DNA of 64,000 nt. Source: a virus. Lineage: Duplodnaviria; Caudoviricetes. Both the position numbers and the translations under genes were made by a program. The notes under the pieces were generated by a model, which saw only the letters and a list, made by a program, of their open reading frames with translations, ran no database searches and was not told the DNA's origin. How positions within the stretch are numbered: the first letter of the stretch is position 1; each line of letters opens with the position of its first letter. The stretch covers positions 1-64,000 of the IMG/VR virus record IMGVR_UViG_3300017388_000002. The stretch is one strand, 5' to 3'. Of the stretch, positions 29,774 through 39,508 are shown piece after piece.

Positions 29774-31660
29774 ATGAAGAGAAGACTCATTAAGTTTGAC
29801 GAATTTGAGAGATCGGAGAAAGACTCCCTCTCAGCGAATGTGGTCGAACTGCAAGAAGCATCCGATATATTGGCTAGCGTCTTGGAGTGTGACGGCAATC
29901 TAGAATTGCGGTTTTTTGACCCAGAAGTAGTTACTTACGAGACTCAGGATGGAACATTCGTTCGTGCCGCTTACGTCATGAAAGAGGGTGCGATTGAGTT
30001 CTCCAACATTGAGGAGCTAGTAATTGACGAAGACTCCCAGCAAAGCAAAGCCAAGACACTTCTCAATGAGATGGTAGATGCTGTCCTCGAAGAGAAGAAC
30101 CATGAAGCCGAGAATCTATTTTCTGAGTTCATGGCCCTGCCCAATGTACGTCAGACCCTAATAGAAGGTACTGTTCGCACCACGGTTACTAGAGGCACAA
30201 GTGGTCGCAAGGGTCCGAATGCTGGCAAGAAGATTGGCAGCACGGCAGCCAAGAAAAGTTGGATCACTCGCCGTCGTCACCAAAAACAGTTCCCCGGCCT
30301 ATTCAGAAAAGGCCAGTTACAAAAGAAAGCCAAGAGAAACAAGCTATCCAAGACCAAGTACGGCAAGAGAAACGAGCGAAGATTGACCACTCGCATCATC
30401 GAAAGCAATCTACGCAAGCTGTCCGCCATGCGTCGTCTGACCGAGAATGTCTTCGGTTACATTGACTACAAGCACTATGGTCCGTTGGTAGAGTCTTCTC
30501 ATATCCAGTTTGACGAGAAGGCCAATGCAACAACCATTTCTATTCCTTCCAAGGAAATTCGTCTAAAGCACCAGCTTGAGAAGTTCAAGTGGGATGTGTT
30601 GTCTGTTGACAACGTAGTTCATCGCATGGCCGCTTCCAAGCTATCTGAGAACAACGCTTTTGCCAAAGCAGTAGCCGAACTCAGGAAGTTCAACGCCCTC
30701 TCTGACAACACTGCTCTAGAAGAGACTCTAGAAAACATCGTCAGCCGTTGGCCGGGCGTCCTTTATCTGACTCAAGATGAGTTGGCGAAGAAGATTGCCG
30801 AGTGCCTAGAGGCAGTTGGTGCCACGAATTATGACGACAACATGTGCAACTTCATGGCCGAGGGCATTCTGCGAGTAGCACACAACGCATATGTCGATAA
30901 GGTCAACAAGATTTACAAGTGGGCCGGTGTCGAGCCTATTAAGGAAGCAGAAGACGCCTACCTAGACTTCAAGGAAATGGCAGAAAAGTTCTACCCATCG
31001 GTAGACGAATCCGCCAAGGCCGAGATGCAGGTATACGTTGATCTATACGAAGCCTTCCGTGATCTTCGCACCTGGGCTGTTCAGGAACGCAACGACGAAC
31101 TGAAGAGTGACTCTGAGCATTTCTTGACCGAGTTGCTACAGGTCGTTACCCAGCAAGTCGCACCGAATACTGAGCTAGCTGCGGCAGCCGCCGAGTACCT
31201 CAGTGATTTGATTGAGACCAACCTGGATAGTGAAGAATGGAATGTATCGAACGCTGTCCACACCACAGTCAGCGGCGACCACCCAGCGATGGCTGAAAAG
31301 GCCAAGAAGGAGTACACGCCATCCAAAGACTTCAGTGGTGATTGGGGCGACACCGCTCCTGTGAGCGACGGCAAGAACTACAAGGGTAATCTGGCTGACC
31401 AGATGAGAAGTTCTGCATGGGGTAACTTGGGTGGTGAAGATACTTACCCGACCCTGAAGAACCCATACATCCCAGAGCCGTTCGGCGACTACAAGATCAA
31501 GGGCGAGAAAACTATCGAGGATGATTCCGACCTACTAGGTCATGTGAGTAACAAAGACACTTGGCCGGAACTCCAGAATCCTTACGTGCCTGATTCCGTA
31601 ACTCCTCAGAGCTACAAGATGAATCACGGAAAGGAAAAGGATTTGGTTGTAGACAAGTAA
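29774..31660 (+). CDS. probable prohead core/internal protein
   Basis: Lies between portal and protease; Glu-rich with a basic insert; TATATA plus AGGAG. Confidence 0.6.
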   Translation: MKRRLIKFDEFERSEKDSLSANVVELQEASDILASVLECDGNLELRFFDPEVVTYETQDGTFVRAAYVMKEGAIEFSNIEELVIDEDSQQSKAKTLLNEMVDAVLEEKNHEAENLFSEFMALPNVRQTLIEGTVRTTVTRGTSGRKGPNAGKKIGSTAAKKSWITRRRHQKQFPGLFRKGQLQKKAKRNKLSKTKYGKRNERRLTTRIIESNLRKLSAMRRLTENVFGYIDYKHYGPLVESSHIQFDEKANATTISIPSKEIRLKHQLEKFKWDVLSVDNVVHRMAASKLSENNAFAKAVAELRKFNALSDNTALEETLENIVSRWPGVLYLTQDELAKKIAECLEAVGATNYDDNMCNFMAEGILRVAHNAYVDKVNKIYKWAGVEPIKEAEDAYLDFKEMAEKFYPSVDESAKAEMQVYVDLYEAFRDLRTWAVQERNDELKSDSEHFLTELLQVVTQQVAPNTELAAAAAEYLSDLIETNLDSEEWNVSNAVHTTVSGDHPAMAEKAKKEYTPSKDFSGDWGDTAPVSDGKNYKGNLADQMRSSAWGNLGGEDTYPTLKNPYIPEPFGDYKIKGEKTIEDDSDLLGHVSNKDTWPELQNPYVPDSVTPQSYKMNHGKEKDLVVDK

Positions 31661-31681
31661 CAGGACTCTAACAGGAGAAAC

Positions 31682-32413
31682 ATGAAGATACTCAAAGAAC
31701 ATGCTGGAGTACCTGGAACTGTCTACAAGAACAGGCTAATCATCAACGGTTTTTGCGGCGGCATCTTGAATGAGATGGAGCTACATGAAGCCAAGGATGA
31801 CCTGGGCCGAAACACACTGAGGTTTCGAGGCAAGTTTCAGGAAGCCGAAGCCATAAACAAGAACAAGAGAATCTACCCATACGACGTTCTTGATACCAAT
31901 GTCAAGAAGTTGGATGAAATTCTCAAGAACGGCGGTCTAATCGGAGAATTAGACCATCCTGCTGATTCTATTATCCACTTCAAGGAAGCCTCCCACAAGG
32001 TTGCTAAACTCTGGTGGGAGGGCAAAACCTTGATGGGCGAGGGGATCATTCTCAGTACCCCATGTGGAAAGATACTACAGGCACTCATCAATGATGGTGT
32101 ACGTATCGGTATCAGTAGCCGTGGTGTAGGCAGTGGGAAGGTTAATGAGGATGGCGTCCTAGTAATAGGCGAAGGTTATAAACTCATTACGTTCGACGCT
32201 GTGGCCGACCCAAGCACGAATGCTGCTTTCCAAGAGAGAGTAGTGCATAGCAAGAAAGAACATACTTCTTCAGATATACCGCACAAAGTAACTGATTCTC
32301 GCACCAAAAACGAGGACCAGGGCATATATAAGAACAAGGAGTTGTTACTAGCCTGCTTGGGCGGCATTATTAGAAAACATACTGGCGAAATATCAAAAGC
32401 GAGGTTGAGCTAA
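31682..32413 (+). CDS. prohead core protease (T4 gp21-like)
   Basis: NKNKRIY, GELDHP, GISSRGVGS, TFDAVADPS. Confidence 0.93.
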   Translation: MKILKEHAGVPGTVYKNRLIINGFCGGILNEMELHEAKDDLGRNTLRFRGKFQEAEAINKNKRIYPYDVLDTNVKKLDEILKNGGLIGELDHPADSIIHFKEASHKVAKLWWEGKTLMGEGIILSTPCGKILQALINDGVRIGISSRGVGSGKVNEDGVLVIGEGYKLITFDAVADPSTNAAFQERVVHSKKEHTSSDIPHKVTDSRTKNEDQGIYKNKELLLACLGGIIRKHTGEISKARLS

Positions 32414-33354
32414 TGGACAAGACACTTGTTGAACTACTAAGTAGCCTTCTGCCAAAAGAACATATCGCTGAAATCTCTACCACTGTCAAGACTATGTTGG
32501 ATGAGGCGAAGGCTGAGATCGAGGCCGAAAAGGAGAAGGAATACGAAGAGAAGCTAGAAGCTGCATACGCTGAGCTAGCTCAGGAGATGAAAGAGGCTGA
32601 GAAGGTTGCCGAACAAGGCTACAACGAAGCCTGGACTATCATTTATGATCTACGTAATCGCCTAGAGACCCAGCAGGCCGAGTTTGAAAAGACCCTCGAA
32701 GAGAACTACGAGGAAGCCTATCAGATGCTCTTGGCAGAACGTGCCAAGAACGAAGAGCTTGAATTGAAGCTCTACGAAGATAGCCAGAAGAGATTGGCTG
32801 AGATGAAGGCTTACATCGTTGAGAAGCTCAACGAGTTCTTGCTAGTCAAGGGTCAGGAAATCTACGAGCAGGCCCGTCGTGATGTCCTCAGCGATCCACG
32901 TATTGCTGAACACAAGCTGGCCCTCGATAGAGTTGTTGAGATCGTTTCTACGTACCTCAGCGATGAGGACTTCAATGGTGCCACTTCTAGCAAGCTAGAG
33001 GAAGCCTCGAAGCTGGTCGAACAACTCAAGGCACAGCAGAGGATTCTTGAGGCCAAGAACATTAGGCTCTCTACTGAGAACCACAAGTTGACCGAGGAAG
33101 TTAGGAAGGCCGCTGATCTAATCACGGAATCCAAGACCACGGTTAAGAAGGAAGAAAAGAAAGAAGCAGTCCGCACGGCAAAGAATGTACAGGGGAGAGG
33201 TCAGATGTATACGGAAGGCATCATCCCAGAACCAAAGGGCGATGCTAAGAAGCCTAAGAAAGCTGAAGGCGACACTACACTAGTAGAGCAGTTTGGTGAT
33301 GCTGCTCTCCACCAGATGAAAGTTCTATCTGGTCTCGCCTCCGACGAAGAGTAA
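32413..33354 (+). CDS. prohead scaffold protein (T4 gp22-like)
   Basis: Glu-rich coiled coil between the protease and MCP genes. Confidence 0.75.
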   Translation: MDKTLVELLSSLLPKEHIAEISTTVKTMLDEAKAEIEAEKEKEYEEKLEAAYAELAQEMKEAEKVAEQGYNEAWTIIYDLRNRLETQQAEFEKTLEENYEEAYQMLLAERAKNEELELKLYEDSQKRLAEMKAYIVEKLNEFLLVKGQEIYEQARRDVLSDPRIAEHKLALDRVVEIVSTYLSDEDFNGATSSKLEEASKLVEQLKAQQRILEAKNIRLSTENHKLTEEVRKAADLITESKTTVKKEEKKEAVRTAKNVQGRGQMYTEGIIPEPKGDAKKPKKAEGDTTLVEQFGDAALHQMKVLSGLASDEE

Positions 33355-33394
33355 CCACTGTTTAGTGTGACAACACAGAGTAATTAGGAGAAAT

Positions 33395-34831
33395 ATGACT
33401 AGTAACGCAAAGTTCCTAAACGAAGCTCGTGAACTTGAGTCCCGTTGGTCTCAAACTGGTCTGCTAGACGGTCTAAAGGACAAGTATACCCGCTCCTGTA
33501 CAGCCGTCTTGCTAGAAAACCAGAGACTCTTCAACGAGATCGCAACTGATACGAGCGACATTGCTCAGTTCAAGAGGATTTCTATACCGTTGGTACGTAG
33601 AATCTATCCTCAGCTTATAGCTAACAAGATTGTGTCTGTCCAGCCGCTACTAGGCCCAACCGGACTAGTATACTACCTGAGATTCAGATACAGCAGCAAC
33701 AAGGGTGCCATCCGTGGTGCGGATAACAACGGTGGTTTCCCGGCTGACGACGCCAACTCTCTAATGCAGACCGCATCTGGTGACGCAAACCTAGATATTT
33801 TCTACAGCCACCAGTTCGTTCAGAACGAATCTACCAACACCGACGTTGGTGATGATACGGTCGCTGCATACGCTCCATTGGAGCATACTCCGGTAATCGC
33901 CGGTACTATTACTGGTACGGTGTACGATGGCACTACCGCTGTCCAGACCTTCGTGGTCTCTGAGAACGGTACGTTCACCTTCACCGATCTAGGAACCCCG
34001 ACGAACAAGGCAACCGCAGGTTCGGTCAACGTCACCACTGGTGCCCTGACCCTAACCTGGAACAACGCTCCTGGTGATAACCACGTAGTCTTGAGCTACG
34101 AATACAACATGGAGTGCCAAGCCGATCTACCTGAGATCAATCTAGTAGTCGAGTCCGAAGAGATCGCTGCTAAGACCAGGAAGCTCAAGGCCGTATGGAG
34201 CTACGAGGCTCAGCAAGACCTACGCAGCCAGCACAACCTGGATGCCGAGGCCGAATTGACCGCTGTTCTAGCTCAGGAGATTAACCTAGAAATCGATCGT
34301 GAAATCCTCACGGACCTCCGTAATAACGCTGGTACGATTTCTAGCTGGGATTTCAACACGGCATTGGGTGACACCATCAAGGAGAAATACGAGTCTCTAT
34401 ATATCAAGATCGTAGAAGTCTCCAATGTGGTCCATAGGAAGACGCTACGTGGCGGTTGCAACTGGCTAGTAACTAGCCCAGAAGTTGCCTCGATCTTCGA
34501 GACCGCTACTGCTGGTTTCGCTCCAGCCCCGTCTGAGACCTTCACTAGCTCGCTGGGTATCCAGTACGTTGGTACGGTCAACAGCAGATGGAGACTGTAC
34601 AAAGACCCGCTATTCCCGACTTCCCAGATTTTGATGGGCTACAAGGGAGATAGCTACATGGACTCCGGGTTCTTCTATACGCCTTACGTGCCTCTAACTC
34701 AGACACCAGTTGTGCTAGACCCAGAGAGCTTCTGCCCACGCAAGGGTATCCTAACTAGATACGGCAAGAAGTTGCTGCGTGAGGGATCGAAGTTCTACGC
34801 CAGACTGTCCATCGCCAACTTCGTGATCTAA
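33395..34831 (+). CDS. major capsid protein (T4 gp23-like)
   Basis: LLENQ, IPLVRR, VQPLLGPTGL, TRKLKAVWS, EINLEIDREI, YTPYVPL, GILTRYG. Confidence 0.96.
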   Translation: MTSNAKFLNEARELESRWSQTGLLDGLKDKYTRSCTAVLLENQRLFNEIATDTSDIAQFKRISIPLVRRIYPQLIANKIVSVQPLLGPTGLVYYLRFRYSSNKGAIRGADNNGGFPADDANSLMQTASGDANLDIFYSHQFVQNESTNTDVGDDTVAAYAPLEHTPVIAGTITGTVYDGTTAVQTFVVSENGTFTFTDLGTPTNKATAGSVNVTTGALTLTWNNAPGDNHVVLSYEYNMECQADLPEINLVVESEEIAAKTRKLKAVWSYEAQQDLRSQHNLDAEAELTAVLAQEINLEIDREILTDLRNNAGTISSWDFNTALGDTIKEKYESLYIKIVEVSNVVHRKTLRGGCNWLVTSPEVASIFETATAGFAPAPSETFTSSLGIQYVGTVNSRWRLYKDPLFPTSQILMGYKGDSYMDSGFFYTPYVPLTQTPVVLDPESFCPRKGILTRYGKKLLREGSKFYARLSIANFVI

Positions 34832-34862
34832 GCTAGTCTAGATACGATAGAGTAAAAACCAC

Positions 34863-34895
34863 AGCCCCGGAGCCGCAAGGCTCCGGGGCTTTTTT
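34863..34895 (+). terminator. intrinsic terminator after MCP
   Basis: AGCCCCGGAGCC-GCAA-GGCTCCGGGGCT followed by a T-tract. Confidence 0.9.
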
Positions 34896-34909
34896 GTTAT
34901 ACGTAGGCC

Positions 34910-35047
34910 ATGAGACTAATCAAAGGCATCACACGCTGGGTAATACTCACCAAGCGGCACGTCATCAAAATCTCGTCATTCTATAGCTGGAAGTTCTTTC
35001 TCATGGGTCTTCTAGCTAACATGCAGGAAGCCTTCCTTCAAAGTTAG
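34910..35047 (+). pseudogene. N-terminal remnant of a kinase-like phage gene
   Basis: MRLIKGITRWVILTKRHVIKI...FLMGLLANMQE, then a stop. Confidence 0.4.
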
Positions 35048-35172
35048 AAAATCTTACTTCTCAGGTTTGAGAATGCAAGAAGCGTCACCATACACTTCCC
35101 ACATAATTTCGTGTATGGTACAGCTAGGAGTCTAGCCTTGGGAATGCGTCTCCTGCATCTAATATATTTCAT

Positions 35173-35409
35173 TTAGCTTCCATAATCAATCAAGACGACC
35201 CTGCCTCTATAGATGCCGAAGTTCGTTGGTTTCAGATCGAGAGGCAGGCCCTCGTAATGGGAGTAATCTATGTCTTGATTCCAGCAAATTTCTACTCTGG
35301 GCATAACCAGAAACCACCCTCCAAGGCAAAACATGGTGACGGTGCAAAGGCGTGGGTCGTGATGAATCTCCTCCCACCAGAAGGGTTTCCAAAGTAGAAG
35401 CAGTAGTCC
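35173..35409 (-). pseudogene. C-terminal remnant of a kinase-like phage gene
   Basis: Open frame reading ...PRLCTV...FLVMPRVE...DLKPTNFGIYRGRVVLIDYGS*. Confidence 0.5.
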
Positions 35410-35549
35410 TTAGTCGAAACGCCCCATTCAATTCTGAACAAAGTAGGAGGGGTAGACCGAAATTGAACTTGCCCATTTTCTGCGGCAAGCATCCCACGAC
35501 AACATAGAAGGTGGAAGATTGATATTGAGTTCGCCCCCACACTGGACAC

Positions 35550-35579
35550 AAAAAAGCCCGGCTTTCGCCGGGCTTTTTT
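35550..35579. terminator. intrinsic terminator (identical stem at 38343..38369)
   Basis: AAAAAGCCCGGC-TTTC-GCCGGGCTTTT. Confidence 0.85.
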
Positions 35580-35581
35580 GT

Positions 35582-35914
35582 TTACGCCGCCTCTCCCTCG
35601 ACATAGTACGCTGGCCGGTGTGAGGCCACGGTAGCCTTGAACTGCCTCTCTCGCTGAGCCTGTTTTTCAGGCAAGAGATGGTACTGGTGAAGTGCTGAAT
35701 CAATGAGTTCGAGGGCCTTGGAGCCGATCTGCTTGATTTTGGATAGGGTGCTGGGCTTCTGGGCAACTAGCTCTTCTAGAGTCACGATGTTCTGGTCATC
35801 CAGGGTCTCAATGACTCTTACTGACAAACCAAGTAACTCCAATTCTGCAACTGCATCTCCACGCTCGATCCCTTCTTGGACAGCCAACCTTGCTCTTTTG
35901 GTTCTAATCTTCAT
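35582..35914 (-). CDS. stand-alone RNA polymerase alpha C-terminal-domain-like protein
   Basis: LELLGLSVRVIETL...IVTLEELV...LSKIKQIGSKAL matches the alpha-CTD HhH pattern; AAGGAG RBS. Confidence 0.75.
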   Translation of the reverse strand: MKIRTKRARLAVQEGIERGDAVAELELLGLSVRVIETLDDQNIVTLEELVAQKPSTLSKIKQIGSKALELIDSALHQYHLLPEKQAQRERQFKATVASHRPAYYVEGEAA

Positions 35915-36054
35915 GGATATAGCTCCTTTCCTTCGAGGCGAGAACCTCCTTTCGTGAATGTAAGCTAACACAAATAAACAAAACTGGCAAGAGGGCAAAA
36001 TGCATTGTATCAGGTCCAGCGAGTAAGGTAGAATCGGGCTGAAAAGGAGCAATT

Positions 36055-36420
36055 ATGAAAGTCAATGAACTTATAGCTAAGCTGTTACTTTGCCCGCAAG
36101 ATTTCGATATAGTCTTGGCGACTGTCGAGCGATTACAGGCCGACCGTGCGGACAGCGAGGATTTCCACATCCGCCTGAACCAGCCGATCAACCAAATTTT
36201 CAAGGACGAAAACGAAAAGGAAATTCTGTTTTTCACAACTGAATCTAGGATTGAAATTAGCCATCCGGGTGTTTCTGAGATTGTGGCTGACGCCACGATG
36301 TATCATAATGGAGTACGGCACTGCATCGGCGGACCCCCGATCTCTACGTTCCCGCCGCTATACGAGGGGGCCAACTCTATGCCGATGGCCCAGGTTCTAG
36401 AACCTGCGACAGACAGCTAA
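36055..36420 (+). CDS. hypothetical protein
   Basis: AAGGAG RBS; TAGAAT -10-like box upstream. Confidence 0.65.
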   Translation: MKVNELIAKLLLCPQDFDIVLATVERLQADRADSEDFHIRLNQPINQIFKDENEKEILFFTTESRIEISHPGVSEIVADATMYHNGVRHCIGGPPISTFPPLYEGANSMPMAQVLEPATDS

Positions 36421-36432
36421 CCGGGATAAACA

Positions 36433-37497
36433 ATGAAAATCGAGGAAGATGTCAAGCTCGACTTCTGTGATGTGCTTATCAAGCCTAAGCGATCCCAGGC
36501 CCCCAGCCGATCTAAAATACTGCTCGAACGAACCTACAAATTCAAGCGTTCGAGTTTTTCTTGGACGGGAATCCCGATCATTGCCTCGAACATGGATACG
36601 GTGGGAACCATCCCGATGGCGAACGCCCTCTCTAAATTCGGCCTGATGACGTGTCTCCACAAGTTCATCCCGGTCGATGATCTATATAGGTTTTTCGCCG
36701 AAACCGAAAAAGACGAAGAAAGAATAGCGGCGGCGTACCATACCTTCTACACGATGGGGATTACGGACGAGGATGTAGCTAAGCTCAAGAAATTGCTGGA
36801 ACTCGGTTGCCCTCCGGTGAAGGTGTGCATCGACGTTGCCAATGGCTACACAGAGTATTTCCAAGACAAGGTGAAGGAAATACGGGAGAGGTATCTGCCG
36901 CATGCCATTATCATGGCTGGCAATGTCGCAACGCCTGAGATGGTACAAGAACTCATCATCTCTGGAACCGTTGATATCGTAAAGGTAGGAATCGGGCCTG
37001 GGTCCGTGTGTACTACCCGGAAAGCAACTGGCGTCGGCTATCCACAGCTTAGTGCCGTGATCGAGTGTGCGGATGCTGCCCACGGTCTCGGCGGCTATAT
37101 CTGTGCGGATGGTGGATGTGTGACGACCGGCGATATCTGCAAGGCATTCGGTGCCGGGGCAGATTTCGTTATGATCGGAGGGATGTTAGCGGGCCATGAA
37201 GAATGTTTAGACCGTTGGCATTACACCAAGGAAGGCAAGAAGTACATGCGGTTCTATGGTATGTCCTCCCAAGAGGCTATGGAAAAGTACATGAACGGCA
37301 AGGCTGCGTACCGGGCGGCAGAAGGCAAAACGGTCGAGATAGATTACCGTGGCCCTGTGTTGCCAGCAGTCGAGGAAATTTTGGGAGGGTTGAGGAGTGC
37401 CTGTGCCTACATTGGGGCTATGCGTCTGAAGGATTTCAGCAAATGTTGCACGTTTGTGAAGGTCAACCGGACCCACAACGTATCTTTTGGGGATTAG
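36433..37497 (+). CDS. guaC: GMP reductase
   Basis: KLDFCDVLIKPKRS, ASNMDTVGT, CIDVANGY, KVGIGPGSVCTTR, FYGMSS, RAAEGKTV. Confidence 0.95.
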   Translation: MKIEEDVKLDFCDVLIKPKRSQAPSRSKILLERTYKFKRSSFSWTGIPIIASNMDTVGTIPMANALSKFGLMTCLHKFIPVDDLYRFFAETEKDEERIAAAYHTFYTMGITDEDVAKLKKLLELGCPPVKVCIDVANGYTEYFQDKVKEIRERYLPHAIIMAGNVATPEMVQELIISGTVDIVKVGIGPGSVCTTRKATGVGYPQLSAVIECADAAHGLGGYICADGGCVTTGDICKAFGAGADFVMIGGMLAGHEECLDRWHYTKEGKKYMRFYGMSSQEAMEKYMNGKAAYRAAEGKTVEIDYRGPVLPAVEEILGGLRSACAYIGAMRLKDFSKCCTFVKVNRTHNVSFGD

Positions 37498-37579
37498 GAT
37501 GCAGTGGCTAGTTTTGCTTCTAGCAGCAGTGCTTTACACCGGCTCGGTCTACTTCACGTTTAGCGATAAACACAAAAAC

Positions 37580-37947
37580 ACCACCCTAAAGGGTCGGGGC
37601 TTGCCATTCCAACTCTAAGCAACCTTTAACAGTTGTTTAGCGGACGACAATAGGCTGGTTGACAACAGCCCTTTATTCCTAATGTTCTTCGCACCGTTGA
37701 AATCAGCATGGTCAGTATGTCCACACAATTTACAGCAAAACTTGGCTTGCTTACGGCGATTATCTTTCTCGGTATGACCACAAGCATTGCATCTCTGCGA
37801 CGTATATGCAGGGTCAACTAAGATGACTGGCACACCAGCCAGTGCTGCCTTGTAAATAATGAAACTACGCAGTTGGTAGAACGCTCAACTTAATCTTTCT
37901 GCTCGTTGAGACTTCCGTACTGTTGTCCTTTCGTTGATATGCGTCAG
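37580..37947 (-). mobile_element. tnpB: IS200/IS605 tnpB 3' remnant with right-end hairpin
   Basis: LTHINER...LS*AFYQLRSFIIYKAALAGVPVILVDPAYTSQRCNACG...FCCKLCG..DHADFNGAKNI; downstream CAAGCCCCGACCCTTTAGGGT is right-end-like. Confidence 0.85.
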
Positions 37948-38274
37948 GACTCGAAGTCGGTAATAAAGAAATCGGGGTGATTCCTAGTTACGTCGATTAC
38001 AATGGAATTGAAGCTGCGTCGATAATGTCGCATGAACGAGACTAGGTTGAAAAACTACCAAGCAAGTCAATACCATGCTTGCTGTTGGCAAGCAGGCACC
38101 TTCTATCTCGTGTAATTTGTCCGAAGGAAAGTCTGAAAGCCTGAACGATTCGTGAGCTTGCCCAAAAGTATAAACATCTACTTTATGTCCATCTTTCAAC
38201 AATCTCTCGATTAACGCATAAGCTCTTCCGGCGTGGCCCATGCTTTCGTCGCATATTTCATAAAACACTTTCAT
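37948..38274 (-). pseudogene. truncated, frameshifted GT-B glycosyltransferase (MJ1255-like)
   Basis: MKVFYEICDESMGHAGRAYAL...GHKV, then another frame gives HPDFFITDFES at the junction with tnpB. Confidence 0.6.
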
Positions 38275-38374
38275 CTTTGTCCTCTATCTAGCGAACTAAG
38301 ACTACATGTTATATGAAACATGCGTAAAGAACAAGTATAAACAAAAAGCCCGGCTTTCGCCGGGCTTTTCTATA

Positions 38375-38695
38375 TCACTTACCGCATGTACATTTAGGAT
38401 CGCCGCATGGCTTTTGATCCTTCACGCCGCAAACGCAGCCGTTCTTACATGCCTCACAAGAGCACTCGCACACCTTCGGCATAACCAGAGGCGTTTTGCA
38501 GCAGCCCTGGGCATCGCAGCATCCCTTCTTATCGTGAGGGTTGCAGCAGGAATCACAGCATCTACAGCAGTCGCAAGGATTGCACTTCTCACAGTTGCAG
38601 CAGCACTCCTTGCCTGTGGTTGAGACCAAGTAGCTCAAAAGAAACGAGCCGACCATCAAGCCAATAACCAGTACGAACTTTCCAAATCTACCCAT
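38375..38695 (-). CDS. signal/TM-anchored cysteine-rich (metallothionein-like) protein
   Basis: Hydrophobic N-terminus followed by more than 20 Cys in CxC/CC motifs; GAGG RBS; TATATA upstream. Confidence 0.65.
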   Translation of the reverse strand: MGRFGKFVLVIGLMVGSFLLSYLVSTTGKECCCNCEKCNPCDCCRCCDSCCNPHDKKGCCDAQGCCKTPLVMPKVCECSCEACKNGCVCGVKDQKPCGDPKCTCGK

Positions 38696-38737
38696 AGTAT
38701 GTTACCTCAACTTTCGAGTGTGTATGTATATATCCAT

Positions 38738-39040
38738 CTAGTTGATGGTATTGACGCACCCGGCTGCGTTTTCAATCAACTCGATGTAATAATCATCTAG
38801 GTTGCCCACACCTAGTTCTTGTTCGCCGTAACCATTAGAGCAGAGTAGATTCCTCATCCTCATACCCCATCAGAAATGATGGCCGCCCCACCACTTGTCA
38901 GGACTTTTCTTGTGTTCGTGGCGAATGACTTCGACGAGGGACTTCCCCACCAGTTCTTTATCGTCCGCTTCGTCCACTTTGGTTTTCGCCATATAGTGAC
39001 CGAGCCAGCGGACACACGATTTTGCTACTTCATAGTTCAT
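38738..39040 (-). pseudogene. disrupted gene (DUF6794-like)
   Basis: MNYEVAK...PDKWW, frameshift, then HHF*WGMRMRNLL...NLDDYYIELIE. Confidence 0.45.
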
Positions 39041-39181
39041 ATAGAAACTCTCTATTCACTAGCTAGTAGTTAGTGTACCAAAAAAGAAATCCCGGCTGCA
39101 ATAAACAAGCTGTTTTGGGTTTGAGCTTCCCATCTGCACTGGCCTGTGCTATGATCTGAACTCCTAAAAAGGAGGAAAAAT

Positions 39182-39508
39182 ATGCATCTTCCAGACGAAC
39201 CTCTCCCCGCCCAGAGTGTCAAAGATACGGCGACTGAGGCTCAGTTGAGCTTCCTCAAGAGCCTGGGATACACTGGGCCAGCGAACATCACGAAAGAGGC
39301 GGCGTCGAAGGAAATCGACCGCCTGAAGAAACTGCCTCGTGACAACCACCCGGCCACGGAAAAGCAAATCAACTTTTTGCGGACGCTGGGCTACACAGGG
39401 CCAGCGAACATTAGCAAGGGCGAAGCCTCGAAGAAAATCGAGGAATTGAAGGGCAAGGCGAAAGACAAGTCATCAGGCCCCGACGAGCATGTACCGGATT
39501 GGCTATGA
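39182..39508 (+). CDS. protein with two tandem ATExQxxFLxxLGYTGPANIxKxxASxxI repeats
   Basis: AAGGAGG RBS; the internal duplication is visible. Confidence 0.75.
   Translation: MHLPDEPLPAQSVKDTATEAQLSFLKSLGYTGPANITKEAASKEIDRLKKLPRDNHPATEKQINFLRTLGYTGPANISKGEASKKIEELKGKAKDKSSGPDEHVPDWL

Noticed and set aside
35550-38369. Identical hairpins at 35550 and 38343 as mobile-element ends
   Set aside because: Both sit at gene 3' ends as ordinary terminators; no target duplication or recombinase is visible.
37880-38880. TGA stop-codon reassignment (in-frame TGA in tnpB and the DUF6794-like remnant)
   Set aside because: The two TGAs sit at apparent Trp and Gly positions respectively, in genes with other lesions. 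TGA and TAG terminate intact genes, often in ATGA overlaps.
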